A stretch of 32,000 bases of DNA from Candidatus Saccharimonadota bacterium (lineage in GTDB: Bacteria; Pseudomonadota; Gammaproteobacteria; Enterobacterales; Enterobacteriaceae): assembly GCF_000185985.2 (NCBI RefSeq), contig NC_014909.2, forward strand, positions 570,001-602,000, in the 5' to 3' direction. Position 1 is the first letter of the stretch. Every line of letters starts with the position of its first letter. Both the position numbers and the translations under genes were made by a program. Positions 10,249 to 20,996 of the stretch are shown here, piece after piece. Under the pieces are notes generated by a model. The model saw only the letters and a program-made list of their open reading frames with translations. It was not told where the DNA came from and ran no database searches.

Positions 10249-11316
10249 TTACAATATTGTCTCACCAGAATATAAGCGAGCATTTTGACCGCTTACATAA
10301 CAATACATACCAGATTTTGGAACACCAAACACATCTTTAACTCCTAAAATAATAGTTAATAAATCACAATGCCACCCTAAGGGTTCAACGCTCAGTTGCC
10401 AATAGTATCCATGCAAATTAACATTTACAATCTTTACTGGCAATGGAGTACAAATACTAAATTCCTTCCTTATTTCCATTTCCCAAGGCCTAAAAAACAA
10501 TTCAATTTCTCCTTGTACATCCGGTACATAAGATAAAGACCAATGATAAGGACCTATAAACACCTTTGAACCATACACCATTCCATTTACACAATTCACC
10601 TCACTTAAAAACTTTAAAACAAATCGAGTTGCTGGCATGCACCAAATATCTTGAGGAGTGCCTATTTGCTCAATATTTCCACAGTTCATAATTACCACAC
10701 GATGCGCTACTTCCATAGCTTCCTCTTGATCATGTGTTACAAAAACTCCAGTGAATTTTAGTTCATGATGTAAATTACGCAACCAACGCCTTAATTCTTT
10801 ACGTACTTGTACATCTAAAGCTCCAAACGGCTCATCTAATAACAAAATTTTTGGCTCAATAGCCAAAGAACGTGCTAATGCAACACGTTGTTTTTGCCCC
10901 CCAGATAATTGAGAAGGATATCTATACGCTAAATGCTTTAACTGTACCATATTAAGTAATTGCATAACTTTATTATTAATAACTTGTTTATTAGGTCTTT
11001 TATGACGCGGCAATACACGCATTCCGAAAGAAATATTATCTAATACCGTCATATGACGAAATAATGCATAATTTTGAAACACAAAACCTACACTCCGATC
11101 ACGTGCATTTAATTTACTCACGTCTTTTCCATAAAAGCGTAAATATCCACTACTATGACTTTCTAATCCTGCTATAATACGTAACAAAGTTGTTTTACCA
11201 GATCCAGACGGACCCAATAACGCCACTATTTCTCCAGATTTAATATATATCGAAATATTAGTTAAGACTGCTCCACAATCAAAAAATTTAGTAATCTTAT
11301 CAATTTCAATATTCAT
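10249..11316 (-). CDS. cysA: Sulfate/thiosulfate ABC transporter, ATP-binding subunit
   Basis: 355 aa. Walker A GPSGSGKTTLLRIIAGLE, signature LSGGQKQRVALAR and Walker B LLLDEPFGALD are present. Collinear with E. coli CysA. Confidence 0.95.
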   Translation of the reverse strand: MNIEIDKITKFFDCGAVLTNISIYIKSGEIVALLGPSGSGKTTLLRIIAGLESHSSGYLRFYGKDVSKLNARDRSVGFVFQNYALFRHMTVLDNISFGMRVLPRHKRPNKQVINNKVMQLLNMVQLKHLAYRYPSQLSGGQKQRVALARSLAIEPKILLLDEPFGALDVQVRKELRRWLRNLHHELKFTGVFVTHDQEEAMEVAHRVVIMNCGNIEQIGTPQDIWCMPATRFVLKFLSEVNCVNGMVYGSKVFIGPYHWSLSYVPDVQGEIELFFRPWEMEIRKEFSICTPLPVKIVNVNLHGYYWQLSVEPLGWHCDLLTIILGVKDVFGVPKSGMYCYVSGQNARLYSGETIL

Positions 11317-11348
11317 TGCCCAACCTTCTATATAATACTAATATATAT

Positions 11349-12173
11349 TTACATATTATTTTCATAATAATATTTAAAATAATTTTTAATAAACAACATA
11401 ATAATTGATACTAATGCTAGCAATGACGCAGCTATAAACGCACCTACAATATTATAATCCTGATACAATAACTCTATATATAAAGGTAAGGTATATGTTT
11501 CTCCCCTAATTAACCCTGATACAATAGATGATGCCCCAAATTCACCCATAGCTCGAGCATTAGTAATTATTATCCCACATAATAAAGCCCATCGAATATT
11601 AGGAAAAGTAACATACCAGAACATCTTCCACCCTGAGGCTCCCAATAAAACAGCTGCTTCATCTTCTTGATTGCCTTGATTAATCATGACAGGAATCAAC
11701 TCATTAGCAACGAAAGGGCAAGTGATACAAATAGTCACTAATACTATCCCTATCCATGAAAACATAATTTGTATATTATATGAATCCAACCAATCTCCTA
11801 TAATACTACCATTAGAGTAACATAACAAATATAACAAACCCACAACCACAGGAGATACTGCTACAGAAATACTTAAAAAAGCTAATAAAAATTGTTTCCC
11901 AAAAAAATTAAATCTAGTTATTAACCAAGCCATAAATATTCCAAAAACTACATTGACAGGAATCACTATTAACGCTACAATGACTGTTAACAACACAGCA
12001 TGAATCATATCTGTATTTAAAAGATTTAAAACCACCATATGTAATCCTGCCGATAAAGCAGATATAAAAATCATAATTAACGGAATAAATAATAAAATTA
12101 TAGAAATTGATACACTAAAAATAATTAAAATCCATTTTCCCCATTCAATAGATGAAAAAAAATTACTGTTCAT
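11349..12173 (-). CDS. cysW: Sulfate ABC transporter permease
   Basis: 274 aa polytopic membrane protein, collinear with E. coli CysW (..NQGNQEDEAAVLLGASGWKMF.., ..RGETYTLPLYIELLYQDYN..). Confidence 0.93.
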   Translation of the reverse strand: MNSNFFSSIEWGKWILIIFSVSISIILLFIPLIMIFISALSAGLHMVVLNLLNTDMIHAVLLTVIVALIVIPVNVVFGIFMAWLITRFNFFGKQFLLAFLSISVAVSPVVVGLLYLLCYSNGSIIGDWLDSYNIQIMFSWIGIVLVTICITCPFVANELIPVMINQGNQEDEAAVLLGASGWKMFWYVTFPNIRWALLCGIIITNARAMGEFGASSIVSGLIRGETYTLPLYIELLYQDYNIVGAFIAASLLALVSIIMLFIKNYFKYYYENNM

Positions 12174-12209
12174 TACTTTTATACATTTGATAAAATGTAC
12201 TCGCCATTA

Positions 12210-13040
12210 TTAAAAACCCTTAAATCTTTGTTGTAATCGTAATTGGAACACATTGATAATTATTAACAATAATAACGAAATCATTAATATCACAGAAGAA
12301 ATTGCACTAGCTGCAGGATAATCAAATTCTTGTAATCTGACAAAAATAACTAATGATATCACCTCATTTTTACAAGAAATATTTCCAGCAACAAAAATCA
12401 CTGCACCAAACTCTCCTAAACCACGTATAAACGATAATACTATACCAGATAACCAAGCTGGCGCTAATTCTGGAAAAATTATATTAGAAAAAATCTGCCA
12501 ATTATTTGCCCCTAAAATTTTTGCCGATTCTTCATATTCTGTAGAAATTTCTTCTAAAACAGGCTGCACAGATCTTACCACAAACGGAATACCCGTAAAA
12601 ATCATTACAATTGCAATACCTATCCATGTATAAGATAATGATATTCCTGAATGAACTAACAAACTTCCGTACCATCCAGATTCTGAAAACAATGCTGCCA
12701 AAGTTAACCCAGCTACAGCTGTTGGTAAAGCGAAAGGCAAATCTATTATAGCATCTAATAATCTTTGACCAACAAATTTATATCTAACAATAACCCAAGA
12801 TACCATTATACCAAACATTGCGTTAAATAATGCTGCTGTTCCTGCAGATAAAAAAGTTACTTTATACGCTATTAACAATGCTGGATCTGTAATTATATCC
12901 CAATATTGACTCCAACTAATTTTACACAACTGAATTACTAAAGCACTCAAAGGTAAAAATAAAACTAAACAAATAAATAATAAACTATTACCAAGAGCTA
13001 TACCAAAACCAGGTAATTTTTGATTACCAACAAATAACAT
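12210..13040 (-). CDS. cysU: Sulfate ABC transporter permease
   Basis: 276 aa, collinear with E. coli CysU/CysT (DLPFALPTAVAGLTLA, RLQEFDYPAASAI). Confidence 0.93.
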   Translation of the reverse strand: MLFVGNQKLPGFGIALGNSLLFICLVLFLPLSALVIQLCKISWSQYWDIITDPALLIAYKVTFLSAGTAALFNAMFGIMVSWVIVRYKFVGQRLLDAIIDLPFALPTAVAGLTLAALFSESGWYGSLLVHSGISLSYTWIGIAIVMIFTGIPFVVRSVQPVLEEISTEYEESAKILGANNWQIFSNIIFPELAPAWLSGIVLSFIRGLGEFGAVIFVAGNISCKNEVISLVIFVRLQEFDYPAASAISSVILMISLLLLIIINVFQLRLQQRFKGF

Positions 13041-13042
13041 TA

Positions 13043-14074
13043 TTAATCTTTTCCTACAGATGATAACAATTGATCCAATTCTCCACCACGTCTAAAATGA
13101 ATTTTCATAATATTATTCCAATCTGCTCCATATTGCTCTTCTACTGTAAATAAATGTACAACAGGAAACATACTTCGATTTATTTGAAGCATACTAGTTA
13201 CATTTACCCGATATCCAAACTTACTAATAATTTTTCTAGCAGCATCAGTATAAAGATATTCTAAATAGGCCTTAGCTATATTTTGAGTACCATTTCTAAC
13301 CACATTTTTATCTATCCAAGTTACTGGAAACTCTACTAAAATATTAGGATCAGGTATAATAATTTCATAATTATTATCTTTAAATTGATTTTTTATAAAT
13401 TTTGATTCTGATTCAAAATTGATTAACACATCACCTTGATCACGATCGACAAAAGTAATAGTAGAAGATCGTCCTCCCGAATCAAATACCATTACATTTT
13501 TTAAAACTTTTTTCATCTTACTACGAGTAAGTTCTATATTGTTATTACTGCTTTTTAAAAAAGCAACCCAAGCAGCTAAATAAGTATAGCGTCCATTTCC
13601 AGATGTTCTAGGGTTAGGAAATACTATCTTTAATCCATCTTGGGTTAAATCATTCCAATTGTAAATACTTTTTGGATTCCCTTGTCTCACTAAAAAAGAC
13701 ATGGTTGAATAGAAAGGAGAACTACGATTAGGTAATCTATTTTGCCAATCTTTAGGTATTAACTGACCACGATCATGTAATATTTGAACATCTATAATTT
13801 GATTATAAGTAACAACATCTGCGCGTAATCCCTGTAATATAGCTATTGCTTGTCTAGTAGACCCTGAATGCGATTGGCGAATAATTAATTTATCTTCAGG
13901 ATGTATATTTTTCCAATATAGAATAAAATTAGAATTAATTTCTGAAAATAATTCTCGAGATACATCATATGAACTATTTAATAAAATAATACTATACACT
14001 GAAGTACATATCAGACAATATAATAATAATATTGTTATTTTTATAATTCGATAAACAACAGCTATAATAATCAT
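13043..14074 (-). CDS. cysP: Periplasmic thiosulfate/sulfate-binding protein
   Basis: 343 aa with a hydrophobic N-terminal signal. LLNSSYDVSRELF.., ..LQGLRADVVTYNQIIDVQILHD.. and FPNPRTSGNGRYTYLAAW are collinear with E. coli CysP. First gene of the cysPUWA order on the minus strand. Confidence 0.93.
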   Translation of the reverse strand: MIIIAVVYRIIKITILLLYCLICTSVYSIILLNSSYDVSRELFSEINSNFILYWKNIHPEDKLIIRQSHSGSTRQAIAILQGLRADVVTYNQIIDVQILHDRGQLIPKDWQNRLPNRSSPFYSTMSFLVRQGNPKSIYNWNDLTQDGLKIVFPNPRTSGNGRYTYLAAWVAFLKSSNNNIELTRSKMKKVLKNVMVFDSGGRSSTITFVDRDQGDVLINFESESKFIKNQFKDNNYEIIIPDPNILVEFPVTWIDKNVVRNGTQNIAKAYLEYLYTDAARKIISKFGYRVNVTSMLQINRSMFPVVHLFTVEEQYGADWNNIMKIHFRRGGELDQLLSSVGKD

Positions 14075-14824
14075 ACAGAAAATAAAATATATATACTTTT
14101 ATGAAATAAAAAAATATTTTACTAGAGTGACCCCGATATAACCTTAATAATTCTTTAATTAAAGAATATTACACACTAACCTAGTATGGTATACTAATAA
14201 CATTTCAACTCATCATATGAGTGAATTTCATTCTCTTTACTGTTAGAAATAATTATATAATTAATGCCAATACTGACCTATCCATATAACACCTATATCA
14301 TCATATCCAAACCAAATTTGCTTATACAAACAACGATATATACTAACAACATAATATTATTTATTAAATTGTACTATAATAAACAATTTACGGTATTACA
14401 TATCTAATAATTGCAACGATAACAAGTTTATTAATTTTTTATCTAAGATTAGACAACATTTATATTTGCACATTAGTATACTAATATATATAAAATTACA
14501 ATATGTCAAATATATTAGATACATTTTTCTTTTAAATTAAATATGAATAATTCTATATTTATTAATTAATCAATTCCAAAAACAATAATGTTTCACATGA
14601 AACATAAAATTCTTTACTTTAATATACAATATTCTTTTCTTGTTTTTTAATTCAATTAACTTAGTAAATTATATAAATATATGTTACTTTATGTATAAAT
14701 TATATTTATGACTTGTGTTCATATTACAAATATGAATGTCAGTAATTTAATATACAACGAATACAAGAATAATTAAAATGACTTCAATATTGATTACCTA
14801 TATACAATGGAGTTAATAATCATA

Positions 14825-15667
14825 ATGAATCAGCTTGATATCTTAAAAAAAATTCCCATGATTTCATCAAATACTGAAATTATTGAAGATATTGTATTAT
14901 ATAAAATTCAATACACAATAACTCATCACCTATTACTCAGTGTAAAGTCTCCATTATTCACCATATCTGCTATACTATTTGAAGATAATTTAAATTATAC
15001 CCACAAATTAATACATAATCCAAATAAACAGGTAATTAATGCAAGTCATAAATGCACAGTAAATATTAGATCTAAAATCTTAAAAAAAATTACAGAATGC
15101 ATTTCCTTCCCCAAAATTAATACAACACTTTTCTTAAAAAAACACTTCTCTATACAACAAGCATATAAATTAATTAAAATTTATCAAGAAAAAAATACAA
15201 ATACATCACTAGTGTTAACAAAAATTAAAACTACTTGGAAAAGGATCAAATCAACAAAAAAATTAGAAAAATTTAAGATAAAATATATTGTAACATCGTT
15301 ATTTTTTTTTACTCAGACACATTCATATACTACAAACAATTTATACTTAATATCTCCTTTTATTGTTTATATCGATGATTGGTACAATAAAAATAACTTA
15401 TTAAAAAGACATTACATAAATAACGATCCTAATGTCAAAACACTAAAAAAAAATTATCATTTTTACAAAACGCACTATAATATAATTACTATGGAACCTA
15501 ATCTCCATATATTTCAACAAATTTTAACTACTATATCTGAATATGATTATCTAATTCTTTTTCTAAACTTCCTCAAGGAAATATTGTACAAAAATTTAAA
15601 ATCCGTTGAAGGTCAATTATCTCCATGTAATCTAATAATACTTAATTGCCAAAATCCATTTTCCTAA
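14825..15667 (+). CDS. tal: Transaldolase-derived ORF, highly diverged and 3'-truncated; probably not a canonical transaldolase (pseudoenzyme, repurposed protein or late-stage decaying gene)
   Basis: Sits directly upstream of tkt, as talA-tktB does in E. coli. Collinear with E. coli TalA/TalB: MNQLD/MNELD, IEDI/IESI, VLTKIKTTW/ILIKLASTW, YLISPFIVYIDDWY/FLISPFVGRIYDWY, NNDPNVKT/EEDPGVKS, FLKEIL/LLKEL. The ATG at 14825 matches the TalA start; the ORF-track ATG at 14807 adds 6 aa. Details in findings. Confidence 0.8.
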   Translation: MNQLDILKKIPMISSNTEIIEDIVLYKIQYTITHHLLLSVKSPLFTISAILFEDNLNYTHKLIHNPNKQVINASHKCTVNIRSKILKKITECISFPKINTTLFLKKHFSIQQAYKLIKIYQEKNTNTSLVLTKIKTTWKRIKSTKKLEKFKIKYIVTSLFFFTQTHSYTTNNLYLISPFIVYIDDWYNKNNLLKRHYINNDPNVKTLKKNYHFYKTHYNIITMEPNLHIFQQILTTISEYDYLILFLNFLKEILYKNLKSVEGQLSPCNLIILNCQNPFS

Positions 15668-15781
15668 TCAATTTTTTAGAATATAAAAAATAAAATGGAA
15701 ATTAATAATTTAAAAAAAGGCATCAAAAACTCTTAATAAATCACAATTTATCCAATGAACTATTTATCACAAAACTCTGAT
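15668..15781 (+). pseudogene. Decayed 3' end of the tal gene, filling the tal-tkt spacer
   Basis: The same frame continues past TAA (15665-15667): SIF*NIKNKMEINNLKKGIKNS**ITIYPMNYL. MEINNLKKGIK (15695-15727) aligns without gaps, at the expected offset from FLKEIL, to TalA MAVEKLSEGIR. Further stops occur at 15677, 15734 and 15737. Confidence 0.6.
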
Positions 15782-15810
15782 TATATTATTAACAACACAA
15801 GGAAATAACT

Positions 15811-17811
15811 ATGGAAACACAAACATATAAAACTTTAGCCAATGCTATACGTATACTAAGTATAGATTGTGTGCAACACGCAAATTCCGGACATCCAGGA
15901 GCTCCTATGGGCATGGCAGACATTGCTGAAGTCTTATGGAGGGATTACATGAATCATAATCCAAATAACCCAAATTGGATAAATAGAGATAGATTTATTT
16001 TATCCAACGGACACGCGTCTATGTTATTATATAGCATCTTACATCTTACCGGATACAACTTATCTATAGAGGATTTAAAAAATTTTAGGCAATTACATTC
16101 GAAAACCCCTGGACATCCAGAATATAAACACACAGATGGAGTTGAAATCACTACAGGACCTTTAGGACAAGGTTTAGCTAATGCCGTAGGGTTTGCAATA
16201 GCTGAACGAACATTAGCAAAACAATTTAATCGCCCTTCATTTAACATTATTGATCATTATACTTATGTTTTTGCTGGAGATGGCTGTATGATGGAAGGAA
16301 TTTCTCATGAGGTTTGTTCATTAGCCGGAACCATGCATTTAAATAAATTGATTGTATTTTATGATAGCAATAATATTTCTATTGATGGAAACACTTCAGA
16401 ATGGTTTACCGATAATACTGCGATAAGATTTAAATCTTACGGATGGCATGTAATTGATAATATTGATGGTCATCATAGAAACTCCATTAAAATCGCTATT
16501 GATCAAGCTAGATCAGAATTGAATCGACCATCGTTGTTAATTTTTAAAACCATTATTGCTTTCGGTTCTCCAAATAAAAGCGGAAAAGCTAGCGCACATG
16601 GATCTCCATTGGGAAAAATAGAAGTTTATGAAACTAGACGCGCATTGCTTTGGCAAGAAAAAACAGCATTTTTAATTCCGAAAGAAATATATAATGCTTG
16701 GAATGCTACTCAATTAGGAGAAAAAAAAGAAAATGACTGGAATAAAATATTCTATCAATATCAAATTCATTATCCTAATTTATCTCAAGAACTTAAAAGA
16801 CGTATAAAACATGAATTACCTCAAAATTGGGAAATAGAAATAAAAAAAATTATTGAAAAACTAAATATAAATCCTAAAAATCTCGCTACCCGACAAGCAT
16901 CACAAATTATCATTGAGCATCTTTACAAAAAATTACCAGAACTTTTAGGAGGCTCAGCAGATTTAACCCCTAGTAATCTAACTACTTGTTCTCAATCCAC
17001 TTCTATCATGCACAATCCTGCAGGAAATTATATTCATTATGGTGTTCGAGAATTCGGAATGACTGCTATAGCCAATGGAATATCCAATCACGGAGGATTT
17101 TTACCCTATACTGCAACTTTTCTAACATTTAGTGATTATGCGCGTAATGCTATTCGTATGGCCGCTCTTATGAATACTCATCATATTATGATTTATACTC
17201 ATGACTCTATTGGATTAGGAGAAGATGGGCCGACTCATCAACCTATAGAACAATTATCAAGTTTACGTATCATTCCTAATTTACAAATCTGGCGACCTTG
17301 TGATCAAATTGAAACTGCAATTGCCTGGAAATCAGCAGTTGAATACCAAGGCCCAACTGCTTTAATTTTATCTCGACAAACACTAAAAACACAAGAATAC
17401 ACATCAACACAAATTACTAATATCGCTCGAGGAGGATATATATTAAAAAATTTCCAAGAAGATCTTGATCTAATAATCATTGCTACTGGCTCAGAAATAG
17501 AACTAGCAATACAAACATATTATATATTAACTAAAAAAGGATATAAGATACGAGTTGTCTCTATGCCTTCTACCAACCTTTTTGACAAACAACATATAAA
17601 ATACCAAGAATACGTATTGCCAAAAAAAACATTAAACAAATTAGTTATTGAAGCTGGTAGTGATAATTTTTGGTATAAATATATTGGGTCATACGGAAAA
17701 ATAATTGGCATAAATGAATTTGGAAAATCTGCTCCAGCACATGAACTATTTAATTTTTTTAATTTTACTATAGATTATGTACTACAAAAATCTTACGAAT
17801 TATTAAAATAG
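15811..17811 (+). CDS. tkt: Transketolase
   Basis: 666 aa, strongly conserved against E. coli TktA/TktB along its whole length ([58 protein letters not shown]). AAGGA lies upstream of the ATG. Confidence 0.97.
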   Translation: METQTYKTLANAIRILSIDCVQHANSGHPGAPMGMADIAEVLWRDYMNHNPNNPNWINRDRFILSNGHASMLLYSILHLTGYNLSIEDLKNFRQLHSKTPGHPEYKHTDGVEITTGPLGQGLANAVGFAIAERTLAKQFNRPSFNIIDHYTYVFAGDGCMMEGISHEVCSLAGTMHLNKLIVFYDSNNISIDGNTSEWFTDNTAIRFKSYGWHVIDNIDGHHRNSIKIAIDQARSELNRPSLLIFKTIIAFGSPNKSGKASAHGSPLGKIEVYETRRALLWQEKTAFLIPKEIYNAWNATQLGEKKENDWNKIFYQYQIHYPNLSQELKRRIKHELPQNWEIEIKKIIEKLNINPKNLATRQASQIIIEHLYKKLPELLGGSADLTPSNLTTCSQSTSIMHNPAGNYIHYGVREFGMTAIANGISNHGGFLPYTATFLTFSDYARNAIRMAALMNTHHIMIYTHDSIGLGEDGPTHQPIEQLSSLRIIPNLQIWRPCDQIETAIAWKSAVEYQGPTALILSRQTLKTQEYTSTQITNIARGGYILKNFQEDLDLIIIATGSEIELAIQTYYILTKKGYKIRVVSMPSTNLFDKQHIKYQEYVLPKKTLNKLVIEAGSDNFWYKYIGSYGKIIGINEFGKSAPAHELFNFFNFTIDYVLQKSYELLK

Positions 17812-17941
17812 AAATTAAATTATTACAATAATATGCTTTTATTTGTTAAAAATAAAACTAATAATTTATAGCATGATATTTATTTATTCATAAAATCTAA
17901 AAATGAAACTAATTCATCATTATTGATATAACATAAATCAT

Positions 17942-19114
17942 ATGACTATTTCACTAATAGAATTAACAAAAAAATTAATCAATCAACCTTCAATTACTCC
18001 AAAGGATCATAATTGTCAAAATATTATTGCTTGTTATTTAAAGTCATTGAAATTTAATATAGAACTTATGAATTTTTATGATACACACAACATATGGGCT
18101 TATCGAAATGGACAACATAAACAAAAACAACAACATACAACAACATTATTATTTTTAGGACACACAGATGTAGTATCTCCTGGCAATACTCAAAATTGGA
18201 AATATCCACCTTTTTCAGGATTAATAAACAATGGAGTTCTATATGGACGAGGTGCATCAGATATGAAAGGGGCTTTAGCAGCTATGTTAATAGCCGCCCA
18301 ACATTTTATTCAAAGACATCCTAATCATAAAAAAAAGATAGCATTCCTCTTCACTTCTGATGAAGAAGGTTCTGGAAAAAACGGCACCATAAAAGCAGTT
18401 CAACAATTAATAGAGCGCAATGAACATATAGAGTATTGTATAGTAGGCGAACCATCCAGTCAAAATAAATTAGGAGATGTAATTAAAAATGGACGACGAG
18501 GTTCTTGTACAGGTAAATTAATTATACAAGGTTCATCTGGGCATGTTGCTTATCCACAATTTCTAATAAATCCAATACATTTAACAATACCCATGTTATT
18601 TGATTTAATGAATATAAAATGGGATCAAAAAAACAGTATAATATTTCCTAAAACATCTATTCAAATAACCAATATCAATACCGTACCTGCTAATTGTACA
18701 ACACACAATATTACACCAGATCAATTGATATTAAATTTTAATTTACGATTTAGTGATCAATCTTCTATAAAAAGTATTCAAAATAATATTAACAAAATTT
18801 TATCCATGCATTCTTTAAATTATCATATATATTGGGACCCATGTATCTCAGAACCCTATTTTAGTAATCCTGGGAAATTAACCAACGTTGTTACAAATAT
18901 TATTACAAAACATTATCATTACAATATCATTCCACGATTAGAAACTACAGGAGGTATTTCTGATGGACGATTTATCGCTAAAACAGGATCAGAAGTCTTA
19001 GAATTAGGAGCTCTTAATCATACAATTCATAAATTTAACGAACATATAAAATTAACAGATTTAAAATTATTAAGTTACTTTTATTTTAAAATTATGGAAA
19101 AAATGCTATTGTAA
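17942..19114 (+). CDS. dapE: Succinyl-diaminopimelate desuccinylase
   Basis: 390 aa, collinear with E. coli DapE (GHTDVV.PG, GRGASDMKGALAAM, TSDEEG, VGEPSS, GRRGS, GHVAYP, TTGGISDGRFIA). Carries a short insertion NGQHKQKQQHTTT near residue 57. Confidence 0.95.
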   Translation: MTISLIELTKKLINQPSITPKDHNCQNIIACYLKSLKFNIELMNFYDTHNIWAYRNGQHKQKQQHTTTLLFLGHTDVVSPGNTQNWKYPPFSGLINNGVLYGRGASDMKGALAAMLIAAQHFIQRHPNHKKKIAFLFTSDEEGSGKNGTIKAVQQLIERNEHIEYCIVGEPSSQNKLGDVIKNGRRGSCTGKLIIQGSSGHVAYPQFLINPIHLTIPMLFDLMNIKWDQKNSIIFPKTSIQITNINTVPANCTTHNITPDQLILNFNLRFSDQSSIKSIQNNINKILSMHSLNYHIYWDPCISEPYFSNPGKLTNVVTNIITKHYHYNIIPRLETTGGISDGRFIAKTGSEVLELGALNHTIHKFNEHIKLTDLKLLSYFYFKIMEKMLL

Positions 19115-19283
19115 TTTATTATCTAATTAAACATTAGTAACCAAATAACCCCCCTAATTTTAAGTATACAACCACAATAATACCTTTATTATGCTATTTC
19201 TAAAAAATTAGAATTTTGTAATCTACTAAAATTTTAGAACATAAAATAATTAAAATTATTAATAAATACAATTCCCATATTTC

Positions 19284-19658
19284 TTAATTAAGAACATTAT
19301 TTAATATAACAGGAGGACATATATTCAGATTATTACTACTTGTAAAATCTGTATCTATCTTTTTTATTGTAATAGTATCAATAGCGGGTATATTATACTC
19401 AGTATACGGATCAGGAAAAATGATACCTAAATTTTTTGGTATTTTAAGTTCATATAAAAAATAATTGTTTTTACGATTCTTCAAATATTGCAATTTATCA
19501 TCTGCATTTATTGCACAGCAATAATTTTTTTTATTCATTTCTTTAGAAACAAGGCATCCTGTTAACAACAGGGCGCAAAAAAATTGCAATATCAACCCTA
19601 TGTATATACAAACAATTCTTTTTTTTATGTATAAATATACATTGGCTATATGTAACAT
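19284..19658 (-). CDS. bamC: Minimal outer-membrane lipoprotein BamC (NlpB) homolog: signal peptide with lipobox plus the N-terminal BamD-binding segment only
   Basis: Starts 14 nt after the dapA stop, mirroring the dapA-bamC operon of E. coli. The signal peptide has KKR, a hydrophobic core and lipobox LLTG|C. Mature part: LYELKIP..GIIFP..EYNIPAI..NLNICPP, versus E. coli BamC LAELHAP.GMILP..DYAIPVT..ALDIRPP. 124 aa versus 344 aa in E. coli. Confidence 0.75.
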   Translation of the reverse strand: MLHIANVYLYIKKRIVCIYIGLILQFFCALLLTGCLVSKEMNKKNYCCAINADDKLQYLKNRKNNYFLYELKIPKNLGIIFPDPYTEYNIPAIDTITIKKIDTDFTSSNNLNICPPVILNNVLN

Positions 19659-19672
19659 TTAATATATATTAC

Positions 19673-20551
19673 CTATAATAAATTAGCATTTATTAAAGAT
19701 TGCCTAACTACATTATGATTCTCCTTAGATAAAGGAGTCATAGGTAACCTAAGAGTATCATAAGGTATCAAACCTAACTCTTTACAAGCCCATTTTACTG
19801 GAATAGGATTAGAATCAAGAAACAAAGATTTATGTACTGGAATCAAATAATTATTAACGCGATAAGCATGTTTAAAATCATTTTTTTTAGCTAAATCACA
19901 AAGAATCGACATTTCTTTTGCTGCGATATTTGCCGTCACAGAAATTACTCCATTTCCTCCTAATCTCATAAAATCTAAGGCACTTAAATCATCTCCGCTA
20001 AGTAAAATAAAATCTTCTTCAACTAATTTCTTTATTTGATTAACTCTATTTAAATTTCCTGTAGCTTCCTTAATTCCAATGATATTTTTTATCTTTGACA
20101 AACGACCTACTGTTTCTGGCAATAAATCACATCCCGTTCTAGATGGAACATTATACAATATTTGAGGCAATGATGTATTCTCAGAAATCGACTGAAAATG
20201 TTTAAATAAACCTTCTTGATTTGGTCGATTATAATAAGGAGTCACGCTTAAACACGCAGCTATTTTGCTATTTTGAAATTGTTGTGTTAACAAAATAGCC
20301 TCAGCGGTGGAATTTGATCCAGTTCCAGCTATTATAGGTAGTCTTCCATCACTAAATTCTAAAGTCCACATAACAACATTAACATGTTCTGTATGTGTAA
20401 GACCAGACATTTCTCCTGTAGTTCCCACGGAAACAATAGCAGATGTTCCACTGCGCACATGATACTCCACTAATTTTTTTAAACTTTTACGATCTATAGA
20501 ACCTCGTAAATTCATTGGTGTAATTAATGCAACTATGCTACCAGCAAACAT
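19673..20551 (-). CDS. dapA: 4-hydroxy-tetrahydrodipicolinate synthase
   Basis: 292 aa, highly similar to E. coli DapA ([69 protein letters not shown]). Confidence 0.97.
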   Translation of the reverse strand: MFAGSIVALITPMNLRGSIDRKSLKKLVEYHVRSGTSAIVSVGTTGEMSGLTHTEHVNVVMWTLEFSDGRLPIIAGTGSNSTAEAILLTQQFQNSKIAACLSVTPYYNRPNQEGLFKHFQSISENTSLPQILYNVPSRTGCDLLPETVGRLSKIKNIIGIKEATGNLNRVNQIKKLVEEDFILLSGDDLSALDFMRLGGNGVISVTANIAAKEMSILCDLAKKNDFKHAYRVNNYLIPVHKSLFLDSNPIPVKWACKELGLIPYDTLRLPMTPLSKENHNVVRQSLINANLL

Positions 20552-20996
20552 AAATTATCTTCTCCAAAATATAAACAACATACCCTGCTCATTAAAACTA
20601 TACTAATACATAATAACTACAACAAATAAACTTTAAATATTATTAATGACAAATCATTATTTAAAATCTAATTAAATTAATTCAAACTATTTAAAAATAT
20701 AAATTTTAATTAATATAATATAATTATAATATTACTAAACTCTATTAATTATAAATACACTTGCACCACCAATAATTGATTCTATAATATAGGACGTAAC
20801 TATTAAATTCAATAACTAATATTAGTAGATATTGCCTCTATTTTTTATATAAATAAACTAATTTATATATATAATGACTAATATTTAATAATAAAAAAAA
20901 GAAAATATACTAAATTTAATTAAAAATTCACAATATTTATGTAATAAAATATTATTAATACAATTATTAATAATTTTATTTCGGAGTATTAACATA

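Noticed and set aside
14588-14605. Inverted repeat ATGTTTCA-CA-TGAAACAT in the cysP-tal spacer
   Set aside because: The arms are short (8 bp) and have no recognisable link to a known operator. Such a repeat could arise by chance in this composition, so it is noted only.
19115-19283. Possible continuation of BamC homology after the bamC-like stop (..EIWELYLLIILIIL.. vs ..NTLWPQVVSVL..)
   Set aside because: It rests on a single Trp plus hydrophobic residues and requires a deletion of about 20 residues. That is not convincing.
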